NCBI GenBank assembly: GCA_903831305.1
Contig: CAIKXE010000004.1
Coordinates: forward strand, 83,524-147,523
Reading direction: 5' to 3'
Source: an uncultured bacterium
GTDB taxonomy: Bacteria; Patescibacteriota; Minisyncoccia; Phycocordibacterales; GWA1-40-21
Length of the DNA: 64,000 nt
Positions 57,600 through 64,000 of the stretch are shown in pieces. The notes beneath the pieces were generated by a model that was not told where the DNA came from, did no database searches, and saw nothing but the letters and a program-made list of their open reading frames with translations. Position numbers and translations under genes: made by a program. Each line of letters opens with the position of its first letter. Position 1 is the stretch's first letter.

Positions 57600-57661
57600 C
57601 AGCAGGAAATATTTAATTTTAAAAGTCCTCCAGACATTTTAAAATTAAACATTTCTTGTTG
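57600..57661. repeat. 'Empty' copy of the hairpin at 4984-5162
   Basis: The reverse complement of 57610-57651 is TGTTTAATTTTAAAATGTCTG|GAGGACTTTTAAAATTAAATA, i.e. the two inner arms of the tyrS element joined without the insert (1 mismatch in 42 nt). Confidence 0.85.
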
Positions 57662-57674
57662 ATGAGAAAATAAC

Positions 57675-58271
57675 ATGCAAAACGAAAAAACCTTTGTCAT
57701 TATCAAGCCGGATGGAGTCCAACGTACTTTGATTGGGGAGATCATCAGACGTTACGAGCGGATGGGCTTAAAAATGGTTGCCTTAAAGATGCTCGTGCCG
57801 ACAGCAGAGATGGCTGAGAGACATTACACCTTGGATCCAGAGTGGCTCCGCAAGGTGGGGGAGAAGTCAATCGCTAGTTATAAAGCTAAAAATATTCCAG
57901 CTCCCTCTGATGATCCGATTACCTTGGGGAAAAAAGTTTTAACTCGTTTAGTTAAGTTTGTGACTTCTGGTCCGGTGGTGGCCATGGTCTGGCAAGGGGC
58001 GCACGCTGTGGGAATAGTCCGAAAGATGACTGGTGGCACAGAGCCCTTAAGCTCAGATATTGGTACAATCCGGGGTGACTTTGTGCTGGACTCTTATCAG
58101 ATTGCTGATGTCTCAGATCGAGCTATTCGTAATCTGGTCCACGCTTCCGGTTCGGTAGCGGAGGCCGAGAATGAAATAAAGCTTTGGTTCAAACCGGAGG
58201 AAATACTGAATTATAGGCTTATCCAGGACGCTATCCTTTACGATGTAAATTTAGATGGTATATTAGAGTAA
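57675..58271 (+). CDS. ndk: Nucleoside diphosphate kinase
   Basis: TFVIIKPDGVQR, GTIRGDF and NLVHAS (phospho-His) motifs. Confidence 0.95.
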   Translation: MQNEKTFVIIKPDGVQRTLIGEIIRRYERMGLKMVALKMLVPTAEMAERHYTLDPEWLRKVGEKSIASYKAKNIPAPSDDPITLGKKVLTRLVKFVTSGPVVAMVWQGAHAVGIVRKMTGGTEPLSSDIGTIRGDFVLDSYQIADVSDRAIRNLVHASGSVAEAENEIKLWFKPEEILNYRLIQDAILYDVNLDGILE

Positions 58272-58311
58272 AAGCTATTGCATTTGACTAGGTGGAGTTT
58301 ATAATAAGAGC

Positions 58312-58440
58312 AGGAGTTATTTAAGGTATTTTCTAGCTTAAATAATTTTTAAGGGAGTTCTATATCGGTAGTGACCTTGGTCATCTATCTGCGGACACCC
58401 ACCTAGAATCATTTCTGGGGAATACCTCTGAGTAACTCCT
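58312..58440 (+). ncRNA. ssrS: Probable 6S RNA (short)
   Basis: Own promoter (TATAAT at ~58300) and downstream terminator; closing stem AGGAGTTATTT.../...GAGTAACTCCT; central AU-rich bubble; inner stem GGGAG...ACACCCACC as recalled from Firmicute 6S RNAs. Confidence 0.5.
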
Positions 58441-58546
58441 ATAAAGAACCCATCCTGAGGTTTACGAAGGGTGGATTTTTTATTTCTTGCACCGCGTAGC
58501 TAATTTAGCTTTGGAAATTAGTGAAGTGGTGTGGTATAATTACCAC

Positions 58547-59023
58547 ATGTTCAAGCAAAAACCATTTCCGTTCTCGCTGATTGTATTAGCTGTTTTGGTT
58601 TCTTTGCACTCTCTTGGCTCATATCTTTCCTGGTATTGGTTTTACCCGTGGTTTGATATGCCAGTCCATATTATAAGTGGGTTATGGATAGCTCTGGTTT
58701 TTTTATGGCTTGCCTCTATTTTTGGGGAGCTCAAATCCTTGAGAAATTATAAAATCAAGGCTTTCCTCATCGCTTTTATTACTGCCGCTTTTGTGGGTGT
58801 GGCCTGGGAACTGATTGAAAACTTTACCCAGATCACCTCTGTTCGGTCTCCGGATTATAGTTTTAATACTACAAAAGATATTTTGAGTGATTGTCTTGGT
58901 GGTTTATTAGCTTTTTGGTATTTTATTCAAATAAAAAAATGTACTTTTAAGAAAGAGGATTATTATTCTTTGCATCCCTTTTATGATAAGACCGGTATTG
59001 TTAATCATGAAGCCAATGTCTAA
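58547..59023 (+). CDS. Hypothetical membrane protein
   Basis: WFDMPVHIISG, VGVAWELIE and T-KDILSD-LGG motifs; ATG 6 nt after TGGTATAAT. Confidence 0.75.
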   Translation: MFKQKPFPFSLIVLAVLVSLHSLGSYLSWYWFYPWFDMPVHIISGLWIALVFLWLASIFGELKSLRNYKIKAFLIAFITAAFVGVAWELIENFTQITSVRSPDYSFNTTKDILSDCLGGLLAFWYFIQIKKCTFKKEDYYSLHPFYDKTGIVNHEANV

Positions 59024-60383
59024 ATTAACTTTTTATGGCGGGACGGGAACAGTGACAGGAGCAAATTTTTTACTGGAAATAGATGGTTGCAAAATATTAG
59101 TAGACTGTGGTTTGGTGCAGGGACATCAAGCAGCTGAAAACCTAAATCGTTCAGAGTTTCCTTATAATCCGGCGGAGGTTGATTACCTTTTAGTGACACA
59201 TGCTCATATTGATCATATCGGCCGTATTCCCAAATTAGTAAAGGACGGTTTTTCTGGTCAAATAATCAGCACGCCCGAGACGAGGGAGATCGCTGAATTT
59301 TTGTTGGCAGATATGGTCAAGATTTTAGACACGGAGGCCAGGCATGATGGCGTCTTGCCTATATACGGTGCTTCAGATATTGCTCCGGTCCTGGCTCTTT
59401 GGAATACCTTGCCTTATCATACGGCAAAAGAGTTAAAAGGCGGGGTAAGTATTTATTTGAAGGATGCCGGACATATTTTAGGCTCTACCATGATTGAGCT
59501 ATCTCATAATGATAAAAAGATTGTTTTTACTGGTGACCTAGGTAATTCACCATCTATCCTACTGCGTGATACAGAGGAGATTACGGATGCGGATTATATC
59601 TTGATGGAATCCGTCTACGGTGACCGCAATCATGAGCCTAAGGAAGAGAGAAGAAAGAAACTATCGTCCGTAGTGGCTGACGTGGTGGCTAATAAGAAGA
59701 CCTTGATTATTCCGGCTTTTTCTCTGGAGCGCACCCAGATGATTATCTATGAATTGAATGAACTATTTGAAAATGGTGAAGTAAAGGCCAAGGTACCCGT
59801 TTTCCTAGACTCACCACTCGCCATAAAGATTACTGGTGTGTATGAAAAGTATACGGAGGATTTTAATGATAAAGCTCGAGCGGATATAAAATCTGGTGAT
59901 GATATTTTTAACTTTCCTGGTTTGAAATTTATTGTTCAAGGTGGGGATTCCAAGATGATTGATCAGGTGCCTGGGCCAAAGATCATTATGGCCGGCTCGG
60001 GGATGTCTGTGGGTGGGCGAGTGATTCTCCATGAGAAGCATTATATTTCAAATCCAAATGCGGAGATTTTGTTTGTGGGTTATCAAGCAGTGGGAAGCCT
60101 TGGGCGCAAGCTTCAAGACGGGGCGCAGAAGGTAAATATTTACGGTGAGGAAAAAGTAGTTAAGGCTAAGATAGAATCTATCAGTGGATATTCCTCGCAT
60201 AAAGACTCTGATCACTTATTGGAGTTTGTAGCTAAGGCCACGGAAGGAGGAAAGTTAAAGCAGGTCTTTGTGGTGATGGGGGAGCCCAAGTCCTCAATGT
60301 TTTTGGTGCAAAAATTACGGGATAATCTAGGGGTGGAGGCCATATATCCAGAATATAAGCAGATAAATGAGATTGACTTTTAA
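59016..60383 (+). CDS. MBL-fold beta-CASP ribonuclease
   Basis: THAHIDHIG, AGHILGS, TGDLG, MESVYG and YSSHKD motifs. Confidence 0.92.
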   Translation: MSKLTFYGGTGTVTGANFLLEIDGCKILVDCGLVQGHQAAENLNRSEFPYNPAEVDYLLVTHAHIDHIGRIPKLVKDGFSGQIISTPETREIAEFLLADMVKILDTEARHDGVLPIYGASDIAPVLALWNTLPYHTAKELKGGVSIYLKDAGHILGSTMIELSHNDKKIVFTGDLGNSPSILLRDTEEITDADYILMESVYGDRNHEPKEERRKKLSSVVADVVANKKTLIIPAFSLERTQMIIYELNELFENGEVKAKVPVFLDSPLAIKITGVYEKYTEDFNDKARADIKSGDDIFNFPGLKFIVQGGDSKMIDQVPGPKIIMAGSGMSVGGRVILHEKHYISNPNAEILFVGYQAVGSLGRKLQDGAQKVNIYGEEKVVKAKIESISGYSSHKDSDHLLEFVAKATEGGKLKQVFVVMGEPKSSMFLVQKLRDNLGVEAIYPEYKQINEIDF

Positions 60384-60415
60384 TTAAAAAACCTCCGAGC
60401 GGAGGTTTTTTTAGA

Positions 60416-60760
60416 CTATTTGACTTGAGCGACGACTCTTTTGAAAGTATCAAGGTTGTTCTCCGCGAGGTCAGCCAGGATCTTGCGGTCCACTTCAATA
60501 TTTTTCTTGTGCAAAGCGTCAATGAATTTGCTGTATGACAGGCCTTCAGGTCTCACGGCAGCGTTGATCTTTACATTCCATAAATTACGCATGTCACCCT
60601 TTTTATCTCGGCGGTGAGCAAAGGCGTAAGCCCCAGCATGCATCATAGCCTCGGTGGCGTTTGCCTCCTTGGTGGATCGGCCAAAACGGTAACCCTTAAC
60701 TTGCTTTAAGAGATTGCGTCTGGTCTTGGTTTTTAGTACTCCTCTTTTTACTCTGGTCAT
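60416..60760 (-). CDS. rplT: 50S ribosomal protein L20
   Basis: MTRVKRG, LWNVKINAA, SYSKFI and DRKILADLA motifs. Confidence 0.96.
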   Translation of the reverse strand: MTRVKRGVLKTKTRRNLLKQVKGYRFGRSTKEANATEAMMHAGAYAFAHRRDKKGDMRNLWNVKINAAVRPEGLSYSKFIDALHKKNIEVDRKILADLAENNLDTFKRVVAQVK

Positions 60761-60796
60761 TTTGGTTTAGCGGTTAATTAATAATCTTTAAATATT

Positions 60797-60982
60797 TTAG
60801 GCTCCGTTTAGGAAACGAGCTTTAGCTTTGTTCTTAAAATTCACATTCAAGGTCCTCTTCTTAGCCTGCTGGCTACGGCGACTTTCCTTGGAATTGAAGT
60901 GATTTTGGCCAGCCTTACGACCGATGATTTTACCGGTTCTGGTCACTCTGAGTCTTTTACTAAATGATTTGTTTGTTTTCAT
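60797..60982 (-). CDS. rpmI: 50S ribosomal protein L35
   Basis: KTNKS-SKRLRVT-TGK, H-N-K; lies between infC and rplT. Confidence 0.92.
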   Translation of the reverse strand: MKTNKSFSKRLRVTRTGKIIGRKAGQNHFNSKESRRSQQAKKRTLNVNFKNKAKARFLNGA

Positions 60983-61015
60983 TTTTTTACTTTATAAACT
61001 TTATAACCTTTTACT

Positions 61016-61528
61016 TTATAACTTTTCAATCACCATGGTTAGTCCTTTCAACCCTTTTTTAGGACTCTCCGCCACTTTATATTTCTCAGTGATTAATTTC
61101 AAAATTCGATCTAACCTTTCATTTAAAAACTTGAAGTCCATATACTTGGCCCGGCCCGTGATGAATAAATCAATCTTTATTCGGTGACCTTCGGCCAGCC
61201 ACTCGGAAGCTTTTTTGGCTTTGAGCTGTAAATCATGCTCGTCCGTGGCTATCTTGACCTGTAAACTCTTGGTTTCAATGGTCTTGATCTTGGTTTTGGC
61301 TTCTTTATGCTTCTTCTTCTCGTCATACTGATACTTACCAAAGTCCGTAATCTTGCAAATTGGCGGAACAATATTGGGTGATATCTCTACCAAATCCAAG
61401 CCAAACTCCTGGGCCTTAGCCAAAGCGTTTTGCAAGGGGAGTACCCCGAAGTTTTCACCGGCCGGGCCGATTACTCGTAGTTCCGGAGACTTTATTTGAT
61501 GATTTATTCTGATTTTAATATTGCTCAA
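61016..61528 (-). CDS. infC: Translation initiation factor IF-3 (non-ATG start)
   Basis: RIN-QI, LDLVEISP, PPICKITDFGKYQY and HDL--K. There is no in-frame ATG at the start (TTG or nearby ATT/ATA), as is typical for infC autoregulation. Confidence 0.95.
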   Translation of the reverse strand: MSNIKIRINHQIKSPELRVIGPAGENFGVLPLQNALAKAQEFGLDLVEISPNIVPPICKITDFGKYQYDEKKKHKEAKTKIKTIETKSLQVKIATDEHDLQLKAKKASEWLAEGHRIKIDLFITGRAKYMDFKFLNERLDRILKLITEKYKVAESPKKGLKGLTMVIEKL

Positions 61529-61604
61529 CTTATTTGTAACAGTTATTTGAGAGACTTAGTTATAGCATTTTTTCCTTTTTTGGGCAAGTATTTTGGGCGA
61601 GTCG

Positions 61605-61753
61605 GGTGGAGATGGGCGAAACTCGACCCTTACAGGGTCAGTACCCGTGTTTGGATTTTTTATTCTCCTTCGAAAGACTCAGGATCTAAAAAATCTCAAA
61701 CAGGCTTCGCTTCCGCCCCGTAAGCAAAATCATTTGCTTACTCATCTCCACAT
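61605..61753 (-). mobile_element. tmRNA 3'-end-associated structured element, copy B
   Basis: Same core as 28602-28739, with antisense and direct copies of the tmRNA 3' end instead. Confidence 0.75.
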
Positions 61754-61794
61754 AACAAAAATCGCCCATCAGAATGAGCGGGTTTTTGTACATG

Positions 61795-62208
61795 TGGAGA
61801 TGGGCGGAATCGAACCGCCGTGCATAAGAGTATCCTAATTGCTTCTACAAAGTCTAGTTAATTTATCTTCACTTGCGTGAATTTAAGTCTGTGATTTCAA
61901 AAAGAACAAAATGATCACAAACCGATCCTCTAATTTCTTTCCGTACCGAGAAAATTACGGAATATAATCTAATTTTATGTCACCCAGACCAGTTTATTAG
62001 ATATGGACTGATTGGATGCCGCTTAGGTTTGTTTTATGAAACGTAAGCGAAAGCAAAGTTGTTGGCCGCAAAATATGGGGACACAACAGACTTTACTCTT
62101 GAAACAATGCTATTAGCAGTTGTTTGTTTATTAACATTTTAGGTGTGTATAATAATGCACCACTTTGCGCAATCAAGGACAGATCAGATGTCTAGGCCGA
62201 TCATCCCC
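61795..62208 (-). ncRNA. ssrA: tmRNA (transfer-messenger RNA)
   Basis: 5' GGGGATG pairs with 3' CATCTCC-A (G3-U70); T-arm GGCGGTTCGATTCCGCC; tag reading frame after ACAACT-GCT; located downstream of smpB. Confidence 0.93.
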
Positions 62209-62301
62209 CTAAAACATTTTATCGGATAAAATGTTCGGGCGACCAATTTTAGGAAAAATTGGTTTAGCCCAAAAACATTATCTTTAAAATATCTAGTCAT
62301 A

Positions 62302-62574
62302 TTATAAAGTATGACCTATTTTATTTATATATTCATTTAGAATTTTTCTTTTCTCTCTAGCACCCCAGAGACTTTTTAAAAATCTTTCTTTGTTAAACGC
62401 AGCAGTTTTGCTTGGGGCTTCTTCTAAATGAATTCTTACTAAAGGACGTCTATTTTTCGTGGTAAGTACTTTTCCAGAATTATGTTCTTCTAGTCTTTGG
62501 TCTGGATTTTGTGTACATCCAACATATAGGCGATTATCTTTTTTGCTTAGTAAAATATAAACAAAATAGGGCAT
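62302..62574 (-). CDS. GIY-YIG nuclease family protein
   Basis: YFVYILLS...LYVGCT...RLEEHNSG...T--RRP...A--KE--LKS. Confidence 0.9.
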   Translation of the reverse strand: MPYFVYILLSKKDNRLYVGCTQNPDQRLEEHNSGKVLTTKNRRPLVRIHLEEAPSKTAAFNKERFLKSLWGAREKRKILNEYINKIGHTL

Positions 62575-62579
62575 ACTTA

Positions 62580-63029
62580 TTATTCATTTTTCAAAGTGCG
62601 GCGTATATCACGATCTGTCTCGCGTTTCTTGATAGTCTCGCGTTTATCAAAGCTCTTTTTACCCTTGGCAATACCGAGTTCTAGCTTGAGCTTTCTACCT
62701 GTATTATACACCGCTATAGCCACAATTGTCAAGCCTTTCTTGTTTTCAATCTCAGTCAGCTGTTTGATCTCTTTTTTGGTCAATAAAATCTTTCGATTTC
62801 GGAGAGGGTCGTAATCAGCAGGAGTATTAGTGGCCTGATAGGCGGGGATATTGGCGCCAATGAGGAAGGCTTCTCCACCGCGGACCGTGACATAAGCGCC
62901 ATCGAGCTGACCCTTTTTCCCCCGCACACTCTTTACCTCCAAGCCTAAAAGCTCTAGCCCGGCGGTAAATTTGTCCGTGATTTCATAGTTAAAGTATGCT
63001 TTTTTATTTTGTAGTAAACTTTCACTCAT
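62580..63029 (-). CDS. smpB: SsrA-binding protein SmpB
   Basis: NKKAYFNY, AGLEL-G-EVKSVR and KGKKSFDKRETIKKR motifs. Confidence 0.96.
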   Translation of the reverse strand: MSESLLQNKKAYFNYEITDKFTAGLELLGLEVKSVRGKKGQLDGAYVTVRGGEAFLIGANIPAYQATNTPADYDPLRNRKILLTKKEIKQLTEIENKKGLTIVAIAVYNTGRKLKLELGIAKGKKSFDKRETIKKRETDRDIRRTLKNE

Positions 63030-63113
63030 GACAGTATCTTAGCATATAGGCTTGTTTGTTTATAGTGTTTTGTCTGTCTTTATGAAAATGTGGTTGTGTG
63101 CTATATTGTGTTT

Positions 63114-63986
63114 ATGGAAAACCTAATAATATTAAAAACTAAAACCAGTGCGGATTATGAACTCCTAGACTCTGGTGATGGGGAGAAATTAGAGCGTTTT
63201 GGTGAATATACCTTGCGTCGTCCAGATCCGCAGGCTCTCTGGAAAAAAGCTTTGGATGAAAAAGAGTGGAAGAAGGCCAGCGCCTCTTTCATCCGGGAGG
63301 GGGACAATGCCAAATGGCGTATTAAAGACAGCTTACCGAAGGAATGGGTGATAGGCATGCTTGATTTAAGGTTTTACATCAAGCCCACGGCTTTTAAGCA
63401 TACTGGTCTTTTTCCCGAGCACGAGGCTAATTGGCAGTGGATTATAGGGAAGATAAAAGAAGCCGAGCGACCAATAAAAGTTTTAAACCTTTTTGGTTAT
63501 ACGGGCGGGGCTACTTTAGCGGGGCTGACCGCTGGGGCCGAAGTGACGCATGTGGATAGTTCTAAAAGCGCCATCACTTGGGCCAAGCAGAATGCTGAGG
63601 CTTCAAAGCTGGACACAAAAAAGGTGCGCTTTATTGAAGATGATGCTCGCAAGTTTGTCCTGCGGGAAATAAAGCGGGGAAATAAGTATGACGCTATTAT
63701 TATGGATCCGCCCGCTTTTGGTCATGGGGCTAATAATGAATTATGGAAGATTGAAGATGATTTTATCAAATTATTGGATTCTTGTTTGGAAATTTTATCT
63801 GATAAACCGCTGTTTGTTTTGGTGAATGGTTATTCCGCTGGTTATTCCGCCGTCGCTTATGCTAATAGTCTTTCACCGCTCGTCAAAAAGTATGGTGGAG
63901 ATATAGAAAGCGGGGAGTTGACCATTGAAGAGTCAGCTGCCGGCCGCCTCCTTCCAGCCGGTATCTTTTCCCGCTGGTCAAAATAG
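63114..63986 (+). CDS. Class I SAM-dependent methyltransferase (RlmI/RlmK-like)
   Basis: DYELLDSGDGEKLERFG, KHTGLFPE, VLNLFGYTG and DPPAFG motifs. Confidence 0.88.
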   Translation: MENLIILKTKTSADYELLDSGDGEKLERFGEYTLRRPDPQALWKKALDEKEWKKASASFIREGDNAKWRIKDSLPKEWVIGMLDLRFYIKPTAFKHTGLFPEHEANWQWIIGKIKEAERPIKVLNLFGYTGGATLAGLTAGAEVTHVDSSKSAITWAKQNAEASKLDTKKVRFIEDDARKFVLREIKRGNKYDAIIMDPPAFGHGANNELWKIEDDFIKLLDSCLEILSDKPLFVLVNGYSAGYSAVAYANSLSPLVKKYGGDIESGELTIEESAAGRLLPAGIFSRWSK

Positions 63987-64000
63987 ATTTTATGCTATAA

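Noticed and set aside
62213-62272. Two hairpins in the tmRNA 5' leader as a separate ncRNA
   Set aside because: They are short AT-rich palindromes with no second copy or recognisable motif in the window, so support is insufficient.
1-64000. CRISPR array, cas genes, integrase, transposase or reverse transcriptase
   Set aside because: No regularly spaced direct repeats and no ORF with the relevant motifs were seen.

Overview
A 64-kb chromosomal segment from a small-genome bacterium, most consistent with Patescibacteria/CPR (Parcubacteria-like). The basis is inference from scattered housekeeping genes, a short YebC, PolA without a 3'-5' exonuclease domain, type IV pilus genes (a PilB-like ATPase, pilMNO, two pilins), a VirB4/TraD-like ATPase, multiple TrmB regulators, tRNA-Arg(GCG), and mostly SD-less, apparently leaderless genes. 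It carries ruvABC, tyrS, polA, mutM, murE, zwf-gnd, a liv-type ABC transporter split by repeated TrmB/solute-binding-protein modules, rplS, infC-rpmI-rplT, smpB, 7 tRNAs, tmRNA and a probable 6S RNA. The most interesting signals are non-coding. (1) A ~140-150-nt structured element follows both tRNA-Arg(TCT) and tmRNA, with an identical core but flanks that are antisense and direct copies of whichever RNA 3' end it follows. (2) One long hairpin occurs as a 'filled' and an 'empty' copy differing by a 110-nt structured insert. (3) A type III hammerhead-like ribozyme lies in a GC-rich island. (4) Free-standing LAGLIDADG, HNH and GIY-YIG nucleases sit at tRNA/tmRNA 5' ends. (5) A pilin ends in a DGR-like variable region. 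(6) Short palindromes are inserted in-frame in polA and a prepilin leader, and next to the ruvA and ruvC promoters. All calls come from reading the sequence by eye; no searches were run.
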